Source of the DNA: an uncultured Pseudomonadota bacterium
GTDB lineage: Bacteria > Pseudomonadota > Alphaproteobacteria > RF32 > CAG-239
NCBI GenBank assembly: GCA_949286215.1
Contig: CASDYX010000005.1
Span: 1,069 to 65,068, forward strand
Direction: 5' to 3'
Length of the DNA stretch: 64,000 nucleotides
In this document: positions 48,572 through 57,805 of the stretch, one piece after another
How positions within the stretch are numbered: the stretch's first letter is position 1
How the letters are laid out: each line of letters begins with the position of its first letter
Position numbers and translations under genes: made by a program
The notes under the pieces: model-generated
What the model was told of the DNA's origin: nothing
The model's database searches: none
The model's input: the letters and a program-made list of their open reading frames with translations, nothing else

Positions 48572-48976
48572 TTAGTGAATGCTCGTACTTTCTTTTGGCT
48601 CTTCACCTAAGGTGATGGTGTTGCCATCGTAGTGATAGCGATTTCCGAGACACGAGAAGTTATCACCGGGCATAATTTCTTCCAGCGAACTCTCAGCTTT
48701 CTTAATGCTGCGGACACGGAATTTTTCCGTTTTACCACTGCATTTTACGTAAATGTAAAACATTTCCGGCTCAGCTCCAATGATGTTTTTGTATTCAAAT
48801 ACAAAACAAACACCACCGACTTTATTGCGGTAATCCGGGGTTCGATAAACATTAGCAAGATAATGTATCTCTTTGTTCTTTTTGTTTACCAGTTCTGCAT
48901 TCAGATGCATGCCACTCAAATACTCTTTTGCCACTTTTAGGGCTTCTTGCGCCGACTTAATTTTAAGTTTGTCCAT
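48572..48976 (-). CDS. Hypothetical protein (no SD)
   Basis: 134 aa; TTGACA-N17-TTTACT promoter candidate, leader ttgttaaacccaaaaaacaagtaagttATG, terminator about 48524-48550. Confidence 0.7.
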   Translation of the reverse strand: MDKLKIKSAQEALKVAKEYLSGMHLNAELVNKKNKEIHYLANVYRTPDYRNKVGGVCFVFEYKNIIGAEPEMFYIYVKCSGKTEKFRVRSIKKAESSLEEIMPGDNFSCLGNRYHYDGNTITLGEEPKESTSIH

Positions 48977-49158
48977 AACTTACTTGTTTTTTGGGTTTAA
49001 CAATAATTTATAAAAAATCGCATTAGGTTTTCAAGTAAACTTCTTTTATAAAATTTTGTCAATATTTTATTTATGGCTTTTGCTTGAAATCAAATAAAAT
49101 GTGTGGATTTTTAGTTTGCTCTGAGCTATCCTAATAAAAAACATTCAGGAGAAAAATT

Positions 49159-49794
49159 ATGGTTAAAATTGCGCCGAGCATTCTTTCCGCTGATTTTGCT
49201 AACCTCAAAAATGAAATTGTTGCCTTAGAAAAAGCTGGGGCTGATATGATTCATATTGATGTGATGGATGGACATTATGTGCCGAATTTGACTTTCGGAT
49301 CGGCTATTGTCAGAGTTATTAGGGACTTAACAAATCTGCCGTTAGATGTTCACTTGATGGTAGAAAAACCGGAAACAATGATTCATTGGTTTACTCAAGC
49401 CGGTGCTGACATTTTAACTGTTCATGCAGAGGCTTGCAAACATTTAGATGCAACTCTTAACTCAATTAAAGAACAGGGTTGCAAAGCCGGCGTTTCGCTT
49501 AATCCGGCGACAAGTGAGAATGTTTTGACCTATGTTTTGGATAAAGTTGACCAAGTTTTGGTGATGAGTGTTAATCCCGGTTTTGGCGGACAAGTCTTTA
49601 TTCCTGAACAATTGCAAAAAATCGCTCGCATAAAATCTTTAATCGGAAACAGAAATATCCAAATAGAAGTTGACGGAGGGATTAATCCTTTGACCGCGGC
49701 TGAGTGTGTGGCTGCGGGTGCGGATATTTTGGTGGCGGGAACTTCCGTTTTTGCCAGCAAGGATTACCGCAAAAACATTGACGCTTTAAGGTAA
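49159..49794 (+). CDS. rpe: Ribulose-phosphate 3-epimerase
   Basis: IAPSILSADF, HIDVMDGH, DVHLM, MSVNPGFGGQ, EVDGG. Confidence 0.97.
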   Translation: MVKIAPSILSADFANLKNEIVALEKAGADMIHIDVMDGHYVPNLTFGSAIVRVIRDLTNLPLDVHLMVEKPETMIHWFTQAGADILTVHAEACKHLDATLNSIKEQGCKAGVSLNPATSENVLTYVLDKVDQVLVMSVNPGFGGQVFIPEQLQKIARIKSLIGNRNIQIEVDGGINPLTAAECVAAGADILVAGTSVFASKDYRKNIDALR

Positions 49795-49848
49795 TTTTAA
49801 CCCTAAAAGCCTTATAATTTTCTCAAATTTATAGTAAGGAGATGGGCT

Positions 49849-50550
49849 ATGGCGCCGGTTGTTATGGTTGTTGAAGATGAAGAAGCATTAGGCTTGCTCT
49901 TGAAATACAACCTTGAAAAAGAAGGATATGAAGTTGTAATTGAAACCAGAGGAAATAAAGCTCTGGCTGATGTGGAGAAATATGCTCCTTCGGTGATTTT
50001 ACTGGACTGGATGTTACCTGAAATTTCGGGCGTGGAAATTTGCAAGCTCATTCGCAGCAAGCCGGATATTAAAAATATTCCAATCATTATGCTGACCGCC
50101 AAAGGTGAAGAAGAAGACAAAATTAAAGGTTTGAGCGCCGGTGCAGATGACTATGTGACCAAACCCTTCTCTATTCCCGAACTTATGGCCAGAGTTAAGG
50201 CTAACTTAAGACGAGCTCCAGAAATCAGCACAACAAAAGAATTGGTGTTTGAAGATATTCGTATGGATTTGGTGGAGAAAAAAGTCTTTAGAGGAGAAAA
50301 TTACATTCACCTCGGGCCTACCGAATTTCGTTTACTCAAAATGTTGATGGAAACTCCGGGAAAAGTTTTCTCTCGCGAAGTGTTGCTCAAAACCGTTTGG
50401 GGGGACAATATTTATGTTGAGTCCCGCACAGTGGATGTTCACATCAGACGGCTTAGAAAGTCTTTGAACGATTTTGGTCCGGACTATATCAGAACCGTTC
50501 GCGCAACAGGGTACTCTATTGACATTAACCCTGTCGGTGACAGCGAATAA
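49849..50550 (+). CDS. phoB: Phosphate regulon response regulator
   Basis: LDWMLP, MLTAKGEEED, LGPTEFRLL, VWG...YVESRTVDVHIRRLRK. Confidence 0.9.
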   Translation: MAPVVMVVEDEEALGLLLKYNLEKEGYEVVIETRGNKALADVEKYAPSVILLDWMLPEISGVEICKLIRSKPDIKNIPIIMLTAKGEEEDKIKGLSAGADDYVTKPFSIPELMARVKANLRRAPEISTTKELVFEDIRMDLVEKKVFRGENYIHLGPTEFRLLKMLMETPGKVFSREVLLKTVWGDNIYVESRTVDVHIRRLRKSLNDFGPDYIRTVRATGYSIDINPVGDSE

Positions 50551-50677
50551 TGGGCTTTTTGATTAATTTTGAAAACTCTTCTTTAGGGAAGAGTTTTTTT
50601 ATTTGCATTTTATTTTTTTAAGAGTTATACCGTTTCCCCTAAAGGCTATTTTTATGTTTAACTAAATATTATTTGAG

Positions 50678-51052
50678 ATGAAAAAAGTAATGTTAACCGC
50701 TTTGGTTTTTGTGAGCCTTTTATGTGGCTGCTCATCCAATCAGAAAAATTCTGAAAAGCCAAACAATGTGTGTGTTAAACTGTTGCAGTTTAAATCTGAC
50801 AGCTTGGTTATTTATTTTGAGAAAATTTATTCTCAAGATTCAATTGCCTTGGAAGTTAGAAAAGTTCCTATCTCTAATACTAATGCTTTATGCGCATATG
50901 GTATTGTCGCAGAAGATATGGACTTGATTAAACGACAAATTGATGCTGCTGCAGACAGTCTGAAGATGACTTTTCGGGTACAGTTAATGTATCATTACCC
51001 CGATGAGGATTTAACGGAAACCACAAAATTGCGATTTGATATCGCGCGTTAG
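50678..51052 (+). CDS. Orphan lipoprotein
   Basis: MKKVMLTALVFVSLLCGC; shared SD-less leader. Confidence 0.75.
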   Translation: MKKVMLTALVFVSLLCGCSSNQKNSEKPNNVCVKLLQFKSDSLVIYFEKIYSQDSIALEVRKVPISNTNALCAYGIVAEDMDLIKRQIDAAADSLKMTFRVQLMYHYPDEDLTETTKLRFDIAR

Positions 51053-51066
51053 TTACTTTAAGCCAG

Positions 51067-51105
51067 AAGACCTGCCTCGGCTGAAATTCAGCCGGCGGTC
51101 TTTTT
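51067..51105 (+). terminator. Bulged hairpin/terminator between lipoprotein genes
   Basis: AGACC.GCC..GGCTGAAATTCAGCC GGC GGTCT plus T-run. Confidence 0.6.
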
Positions 51106-51169
51106 AGATTTAATTTCAATATCGGAAGATATAAATCAATTTTTATGTTTAACTCTAAATTTATTTGAG

Positions 51170-51637
51170 ATGAAAAATTTGATTATTATTGTTCTTGTTG
51201 CTATTGCTCTGGTAGCTAGTTTGTTTGCTTGTCAAAAAGACACAAAAGCAAAAGTTGATGTCAATACTTGTGAAAACAGTGTCATTACAGAGATTAATGT
51301 AGATAGTCTGCAAGGCACTCTTATTCCTGTTCAGTTAGACTGGAATGAACGCGTTTTGGCCTCATTTATTGCAGATGACCATACTTGCGAATTGCTGGTC
51401 GGCTATATTACTCCAAAATATAGTGCGATTGCCAATTTTGCTCATCGGAAAATTATTGTATTCGGAAAATCCGGGCATTGGGATAGAAAGCTGCAGTCTG
51501 CTTTCAATTTTGATGACGGAAAAAGAGCTAATCTGGTTCCCGCTTATCCGGCAAACACAGTGTCTCCTTTACCGAAAAAGCCTGTGCATGATGAGCCCCT
51601 TAAAACAGCTAAAGAGTTACCCTTAAGAACAAAATAA
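51170..51637 (+). CDS. Orphan lipoprotein
   Basis: MKNLIIIVLVAIALVASLFAC-QKD; shared SD-less leader. Confidence 0.75.
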   Translation: MKNLIIIVLVAIALVASLFACQKDTKAKVDVNTCENSVITEINVDSLQGTLIPVQLDWNERVLASFIADDHTCELLVGYITPKYSAIANFAHRKIIVFGKSGHWDRKLQSAFNFDDGKRANLVPAYPANTVSPLPKKPVHDEPLKTAKELPLRTK

Positions 51638-51652
51638 CTCGACAAAGCAATG

Positions 51653-51688
51653 AAAAAAGGTCTGATAATGTTTATCAGACCTTTTTTT
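51653..51688. terminator. Bidirectional terminator
   Basis: AAAAAAGGTCTGATAA...TTATCAGACCTTTTTT. Confidence 0.85.
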
Positions 51689-51810
51689 CGACTTCCGCAG
51701 AAGCCGAGGGGTCGAAACACTGCAAACCTTCTATTATTTGGAGTTAACTATGATTTGCTTTGGTTTCGAAATGTTTTAATTACAATTCTGCGATTCTCTG
51801 TTTTAAATTT
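51653..51810 (-). ncRNA. Candidate structured small RNA
   Basis: TTGACA-N17-CAGTAT promoter, two hairpins whose mismatches become G-U pairs on the minus strand, terminator, no ATG ORF. Confidence 0.5.
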
Positions 51811-51907
51811 TGTCTTATACTGCAACTTTTCTTTAAATTTGTCAATAGAAGTGTTGTTCAATTAAAAAAGGGCTTTCCTTTTAGAAAGCCCTCTTCTTTT
51901 AGAGTTT

Positions 51908-53881
51908 TTATTTTAGGTAGCTCTTTACCGAATCGACAATTTCTTCTTTGGTAATACCAAAGTAATTATATAATTCTCCTGCCGGACCGGAGGCGCCAAA
52001 GCCATCCATTCCGATAATATCGCCTTTGAGACCGACATAGCGTTCCCAACCGAATTTTGAGCCGGCTTCGATAGCTATGCGTGGGGCTTGACCTAATATG
52101 TCTTCTTGATAGCTGATGTCTTGAGCATCAAACAACTCGGTACAAGGCATGGAGACAACGGCAACCTTGATACCCTCTTGCGCCAGGGCTTGAGCGGCTT
52201 CTACCGCCAGTGAAACCTCTGAACCGGTGGCAATGAGTGTGGCTTGGCGATTGTCTTTTTCACCATAGATAATATATCCGCCGCGCGCACTCAAATTTAA
52301 CTTAGCATCTGTACGGAGCATTGGTAAATTTTGGCGAGATAGAGCCAAGATGCTTGGCGTTTTTTCGCTTTCAATAGCTATTCTCCAGCATTCGGCGGTT
52401 TCAACCACATCGCATGGGCGGAAAGTATAAATATTCGGCATAGCACGATAAGAAGCCAGATGTTCTATCGGTTGATGGGTCGGGCCATCTTCACCGACGC
52501 CGATGGAATCATGTGTCAAAACATAAATCGCACGTATTCCCATAAGTGCGGCCAAGCGCATTGACGGACGCATATAGTCCGAAAAGACAAAGAAGGTTCC
52601 GCCGTAAGGAATTGCGCCACCATGCAATGATAAGCCGTTCATAATAGCAGCCATGGCATGTTCTCTTATGCCATACATAATATTGTTACCGGAATAGTCG
52701 TCTTTGGTAACGGTTTTCATGCCATCAACAAAAGTGAGGTTTGAGGCAGCCAAATCTGCCGAACCGCCGATAATTTGCGGAACGTATGGCACGATTTGTT
52801 CCAGACACATTTGAGAGGCTTTGCGGGTGGCAACTTTGGTTTGTTCGGCAATGGCTTTTTCTTCCAGAGCTTTGAGGTGGTCATCCCAACCAGATGGTAA
52901 GCGGTCATTGATAAAGTCATCAAAAGTTTTGCCGGCGGCATGGGCTTTTTCTTCCCATTTTTGGTAAGTTTGATGATTTTTTAACCCGGCTTCACGCCAA
53001 GAAGACAGAATTTCCTCTGGGACTTCAAACGGGTCATAATTCCAATCTAGCGCCTTACGCATAGCGGCAACTTCTTCCGCGCCAAGAGGAGAGCCATGGC
53101 ATTTGGAAGTACCGCATTTGGTCGGTGCACCAAAGCCGATTTTGGTTTTGCAGGCAATTAAGGTCGGTTTGTCTGACTTTTGGGCTTTGGCTATGGCTTT
53201 TTCAATCTCGCCATAGTCATGGCCATCAATTTCCAGTGTATTCCAACCCAGAGCCTGAAAACGTTTGATTTGGTCGGTGGAGTTGGCTTTGTCAACCGTA
53301 CCATCAATCGTGATATTGTTATTATCCCACAAGACAATCAATTTATTTAATTTTAGATGTCCGGCTAAAGACAATGCTTCCTCTGAAATACCTTCCATTA
53401 AGCATCCGTCACCGTTAATAACATAGGTATAGTGATTACACAAATCATCACCAAAGCGGGCGTTAATCATTCTTTCGGCCAAAGCCATACCCACAGCAGA
53501 GGAAATTCCTTGTCCCAATGGACCGGTGGTCATGTCAATTCCTGCTAAATGACCATATTCGGGGTGTCCTGCCGTTTTGGCACCTAATTGGCGGAAATTG
53601 GCAATATCATCAATGGTGATATCTTTGTAACCTAACAAATAAAGCAAAGAATAAAGCAACATTGAGCCATGGCCTGCAGATAAGACAAAACGGTCTCTAT
53701 CAAACCAGCGGGGATTTTCAGGGTCAATTTTTATGAATTTGGAGAACAAAACCGTGGCAACATCGGCCATTCCCAACGGCATGCCGGGGTGACCTGATTT
53801 TGATTTTTCAATTGCATCCGCACTCAAAAAGCGAATCGCGTTGGCCATATTTTTCAGCTCTTTATTTTCGCCAAAAATCAT
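51908..53881 (-). CDS. tkt: Transketolase
   Basis: SGHPGMPLG, RDRFVLSAGHGSM, GDGCLMEG, THDSIGVGEDGPTHQP. Confidence 0.97.
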   Translation of the reverse strand: MIFGENKELKNMANAIRFLSADAIEKSKSGHPGMPLGMADVATVLFSKFIKIDPENPRWFDRDRFVLSAGHGSMLLYSLLYLLGYKDITIDDIANFRQLGAKTAGHPEYGHLAGIDMTTGPLGQGISSAVGMALAERMINARFGDDLCNHYTYVINGDGCLMEGISEEALSLAGHLKLNKLIVLWDNNNITIDGTVDKANSTDQIKRFQALGWNTLEIDGHDYGEIEKAIAKAQKSDKPTLIACKTKIGFGAPTKCGTSKCHGSPLGAEEVAAMRKALDWNYDPFEVPEEILSSWREAGLKNHQTYQKWEEKAHAAGKTFDDFINDRLPSGWDDHLKALEEKAIAEQTKVATRKASQMCLEQIVPYVPQIIGGSADLAASNLTFVDGMKTVTKDDYSGNNIMYGIREHAMAAIMNGLSLHGGAIPYGGTFFVFSDYMRPSMRLAALMGIRAIYVLTHDSIGVGEDGPTHQPIEHLASYRAMPNIYTFRPCDVVETAECWRIAIESEKTPSILALSRQNLPMLRTDAKLNLSARGGYIIYGEKDNRQATLIATGSEVSLAVEAAQALAQEGIKVAVVSMPCTELFDAQDISYQEDILGQAPRIAIEAGSKFGWERYVGLKGDIIGMDGFGASGPAGELYNYFGITKEEIVDSVKSYLK

Positions 53882-53893
53882 TTGTTTCTCCTT

Positions 53894-54409
53894 TTATTTG
53901 TTGTAATAGCGATATTCAATATCAAATGTACGGTGATTGTATTTACGCTCTTCGGGCGAAATGACCAAGCCCATATTGATATCATAACTGTATTTATATT
54001 CTTCAGGCACATAAACCATTACCTGCGGTGCGGTATATTCTATCTCCAAGGCATCTGATGGTATGGTGGCAACGGCATAGTGCGTCTTTTTGCCAATATA
54101 TTGCGGGGGACCTTTTACCGTCTCGGTATAAAAAGCAAAGTGAACATCCGTTTCATCACTCGGACGGAGGCGCTTGATTTGAAAAATCGGTTTTATCAGA
54201 GCCTTGTTTTGCTCAATCTTACGGTCATAATAGCAATAGCCATCGTAGCCAATCAGGTTGATTTGAAATTCTTCCCGATAGTTGACAACTTGTGTCAGAT
54301 AAGCATTATCGCGGATAATTTGCACACGCGGGCAAGTTTCATAATCCATATTGCTATATTCGCAACCGGTTAAAAAAACAAATAAAATCAGGCTTATTTT
54401 TTTTAACAT
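53894..54409 (-). CDS. Hypothetical lipoprotein
   Basis: LTGC lipobox, CPRV motif, GAGGA SD. Confidence 0.75.
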   Translation of the reverse strand: MLKKISLILFVFLTGCEYSNMDYETCPRVQIIRDNAYLTQVVNYREEFQINLIGYDGYCYYDRKIEQNKALIKPIFQIKRLRPSDETDVHFAFYTETVKGPPQYIGKKTHYAVATIPSDALEIEYTAPQVMVYVPEEYKYSYDINMGLVISPEERKYNHRTFDIEYRYYNK

Positions 54410-54451
54410 GGTCTATTCCTCTTCTTTGAGAATTAATATAGACGTTCTTAT

Positions 54452-55600
54452 TTATTTTGTAAACAACGCAACTATTTCGCTGTGGTCAGAATAGATAAAC
54501 TGGTCAACCATACGCAAATTTTGCAAATTCCAGCCTCCGCTCAGCAAGATGTTGGCATCGCGTACAAAGGTTTCGGGATTGCACGAAACAGCAATGATTT
54601 TGTGCGGACCACTTAAGCCCATATTGGCTAACTTTTCAACTTGGGCTTTGGCGCCGGCACGGGGCGGGTCAAAGACAACGATGTCAAAATCTTTCAGCTC
54701 CTGTTCATCTAACGGATATTTGAACAAATTTTTGGCTTTAATCGTAATATTGGAAATCATATTCCGATTAACCGAGCGTTGAAAACCTTCCAACAAATCT
54801 GCAGAAGAATCGATTGAGGTTATAGAATTGCCCTTTAACGCCGAAAGAGGATAAGAAAATGTTCCAACGCCACAAAAGAGGTCGGCAATTTTGCCCCTAT
54901 CCTCCCCCAAATATTCCAAGACTTGGGAAATAAGAGCTTGCTCTCCTTGTTGAGAGGGTTGGAGAAAGGTTCCGGCCGGAATATATACCGCAACTGAGCC
55001 GATTTTGATTTGCGGGGCTAATTTTTCAACGATGACTTCGGGCTTGTCATCGACCCGACGCCGCCAAGAAACACGGATAACATCCGGCAGAGAAGAAAGA
55101 TGTTCGGAAATAATCATCCGATGATTTAATTCCGGCATTTGCGGGAGCTCTATGACCACATCCAAGCCATTATCCGCCAAAGTAATGGACAAATCGCCTT
55201 TAGTCAGCCTTATGGAACTTGTTTTTTTGCCTTGTTTGGAGACAAAAGGCTCAGCACACAAATCGGACAATAAATTTTTAAGAGCCGGCAGAGCTTGGCG
55301 AATTTCGGAGCGTAACAACAAACAATTACCACAATCGACAAGCTCGTTGCTGTGATAAGCATTAAACCCCAACACCATTTTACCTTTGGCAAAATTAAAG
55401 GCAAAAGTGGCTCTTCTTCTTGTTTCATCACCAATAAATATTGGCTGGGAAAGAGGCAGATTTTCTAGCTTTATGCCTTTAAGAATGGCATTAATCTTTT
55501 CGGCTTTCGTGCGTTGGTATTCTGCTTTAGATAAATGACGCAGAGGACAACCACCGCACAAGTTTTCGACGCCACAAGATTTTTTATTTAAGCTCGTCAT
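54452..55600 (-). CDS. rlmD: RNA (uracil-5)-methyltransferase, RlmD/TrmA family
   Basis: CGGC, FLQ, DLFCGVGTF, DPPRAG, VSCNP, DQF...HSE. Confidence 0.85.
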   Translation of the reverse strand: MTSLNKKSCGVENLCGGCPLRHLSKAEYQRTKAEKINAILKGIKLENLPLSQPIFIGDETRRRATFAFNFAKGKMVLGFNAYHSNELVDCGNCLLLRSEIRQALPALKNLLSDLCAEPFVSKQGKKTSSIRLTKGDLSITLADNGLDVVIELPQMPELNHRMIISEHLSSLPDVIRVSWRRRVDDKPEVIVEKLAPQIKIGSVAVYIPAGTFLQPSQQGEQALISQVLEYLGEDRGKIADLFCGVGTFSYPLSALKGNSITSIDSSADLLEGFQRSVNRNMISNITIKAKNLFKYPLDEQELKDFDIVVFDPPRAGAKAQVEKLANMGLSGPHKIIAVSCNPETFVRDANILLSGGWNLQNLRMVDQFIYSDHSEIVALFTK

Positions 55601-57644
55601 TATCTACTCCGAGAATCGGATAGCTGTTCTCTGGTATTGACGGAGCCTGAGGCATTGTGTTTGGCTGTGCTTGTGGCTGTACCTGAGAAGGCTGAGGTAT
55701 TGCGTTTGGCTGCACTTGTGGCTGAGAGGAAACCGAAGCTGTCTGCACGACACTTGGCTGAGACTGGGGTTGTGCTTGTGGCTGTATCTGAGAAGGCTGA
55801 GACACGGCTTGAGAAACGGTTGTTTGGACTTGTGCTTGCGCCGGAGCTACCTGAACAAAACTCGGTTGAGGTTGTGACTGTGGTTGAGGTGCCTGAGGTA
55901 CAACTTGAGAAACGGTTGTTTGGACATGTGTTTGCGGTTGTTTCGATGTTTGCTCTTCAATTTTGGTTTGATTATCAACTATATGATTGGTATCAACCCC
56001 ATCAAGCAAAGAAATTTCTTGAGTATTTTCTTTGTCAAAAATAGGATGATGATTTGAACTTTCATCTTTATGATCCAAAGTTGCATTGAAATTTTTCAAA
56101 TCCTCAACAGTGAAAATTTCACAACGGTTTCTTCCATTTTCTTTGGCTCGATACAATGCTTCATCTGACGTTTTTATAAGCGTATCAATATTATCAGAAA
56201 TTGCTGATGAAGAAATACCGATACTTACCGTAAATCTGACTTCATCTCCTTGATCGGAATATACGACAATCTTAGAGATGGTCTCTCTTAACCTATCGGC
56301 AACAATTTTGGCGGCTTCAGCTGAGAGTTCCGGTAAAAAGACTACAAATTCTTCACCACCGTAACGGGCAACAATATCATCTTGGCGTAAAGATTTTTCA
56401 GCAGTAGATGATAATTCAATCAAGACCTTATCACCGGTTTTGTGTCCATAGGTATCATTAACACGCTTGAAGTGGTCGGCATCTATCATCAAGACACTGT
56501 ATTGCTGATGGTTTGCTTGGGCTAAAGCAATACGACGATTGACTTCATCTTCAAAATAACGGCGATTAAAGAGTGAGGTTAACGGATCTCGAGTGGCCTG
56601 ATTTTTTAATACTGCCTCCCTGTTTTTGCGACTGGTAATATCTTGGAATGAACAATACAGAGCAACATCATAGTTGTAGTCAATTACGTTTGCTGACGTT
56701 AGCAACCAAAATGGTGTTTCACCATTAACGGCTTTGGCCAAAACTTCAAAATCATGAACCTCTTTCTCTTTTTCCAAACGCTCGTTTAAGATTTGGCGAT
56801 TATCACCATCGGCAAAAAAGTCTTTTAGACGATATCTATCAAGTTCTGATGGTAAAATACCAAATAATTTAACGGCATTGTCGTTCGCCATCAAAATCTT
56901 ATCATCACTCAAACGAGAAATAACAATCGGGAATGGCGAAGATTTGATGATTTCTTCCAGACGACGATTGTACTTTTCTATCTCTCCTTCCAGACTTTCA
57001 ACCTTTTTGTATGCATAACCATTTTTTATCATCATTAATGACATAATTAATGAAACATAAGTAAAAAGTGAAATATACCATGTATGCTCTACAAAATACT
57101 CTATATTAAAGAGGCGCATTAATAAAAAGATAGTTGTAATTGTGATTGTTGTTGCTGCGACCCAATATCCGGTTTGTTGCTGAGCTGTGGCTTGTGACCA
57201 AAAGCTCGCCATAAGATACGCAAAGCCGGCTATCGGGAATATTTTGCGCATATTGTTTATCATCTCTCCGTCGGGGTATATAAAGCAGAAAAAGATAATA
57301 GCGGCCATACCTAACACCATTCCGCCTACTGCGTAAGCTAAAACGGGGGCCTTTCCAGTTAAGATTTCTGCAGCGGCTAGTGCCAGAAGGACAACAGATA
57401 TCAAAATAAACGTTAATTCCAACGCAACAGACATACTAATTGTAACGGCTGAGGCATTGTAGCTAATATTATATCCATACCACGAACCAATTAATTCAAC
57501 AAAAAGTCCGGCAAACAAATACCAGATTGCTCGATTTAAATTGAGATTATAACTGCAATAAATAGCTGTGAGGAATAATAAGAATAATCCCCAAAGCGTT
57601 ATATCCGTGAATAAATCATTAGCAAAAATTTCAATGCTTCCCAT
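55584..57644 (-). CDS. Membrane-bound PAS-GGDEF diguanylate cyclase with Q/P-rich tail
   Basis: Multi-TM N-terminus, PAS ending DIT, DPLTSLFNRR, RxxD I-site (RQDD), GGEEF. Confidence 0.92.
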   Translation of the reverse strand: MGSIEIFANDLFTDITLWGLFLLFLTAIYCSYNLNLNRAIWYLFAGLFVELIGSWYGYNISYNASAVTISMSVALELTFILISVVLLALAAAEILTGKAPVLAYAVGGMVLGMAAIIFFCFIYPDGEMINNMRKIFPIAGFAYLMASFWSQATAQQQTGYWVAATTITITTIFLLMRLFNIEYFVEHTWYISLFTYVSLIMSLMMIKNGYAYKKVESLEGEIEKYNRRLEEIIKSSPFPIVISRLSDDKILMANDNAVKLFGILPSELDRYRLKDFFADGDNRQILNERLEKEKEVHDFEVLAKAVNGETPFWLLTSANVIDYNYDVALYCSFQDITSRKNREAVLKNQATRDPLTSLFNRRYFEDEVNRRIALAQANHQQYSVLMIDADHFKRVNDTYGHKTGDKVLIELSSTAEKSLRQDDIVARYGGEEFVVFLPELSAEAAKIVADRLRETISKIVVYSDQGDEVRFTVSIGISSSAISDNIDTLIKTSDEALYRAKENGRNRCEIFTVEDLKNFNATLDHKDESSNHHPIFDKENTQEISLLDGVDTNHIVDNQTKIEEQTSKQPQTHVQTTVSQVVPQAPQPQSQPQPSFVQVAPAQAQVQTTVSQAVSQPSQIQPQAQPQSQPSVVQTASVSSQPQVQPNAIPQPSQVQPQAQPNTMPQAPSIPENSYPILGVDNDELK
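55660..55930 (-). repeat. Degenerate tandem repeats encoding the Q/P/S tail
   Basis: cttgagaaacggttgtttggac, ctgagaaggctgag and tgtgcttgtggctgta each occur twice. Confidence 0.75.
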
Positions 57645-57805
57645 CTGTGTTTCCTTCTGCTTTTAATCAATTTTGGTTTAAGTTAACCTAAGAGTGGTTA
57701 ATATTGATTGAATCTTTGAAAAATTTGTTCAAAAAAAATTGATGATTATTTAAATAAAATAATATAGCATAGAGGTACAATAATTATTACAGAAGGAATA
57801 ATTAC

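Noticed and set aside
50648-51170. GTTTAAC/GTCTAAC as integron attC inverse core sites (RYYYAAC)
   Set aside because: They lie upstream of genes rather than at 3' ends, have no paired GTTRRRY with attC structure, and no integrase is present
51650-51954. Plus-strand ORFs of 71 and 64 aa
   Set aside because: Run through strong terminators, lack RBS; region fits a minus-strand RNA better
57661-57705. CtrA boxes upstream of the diguanylate cyclase (and near 17640)
   Set aside because: Several TTAA half-sites but no exact TTAA-N7-TTAA spacing; expected in AT-rich DNA
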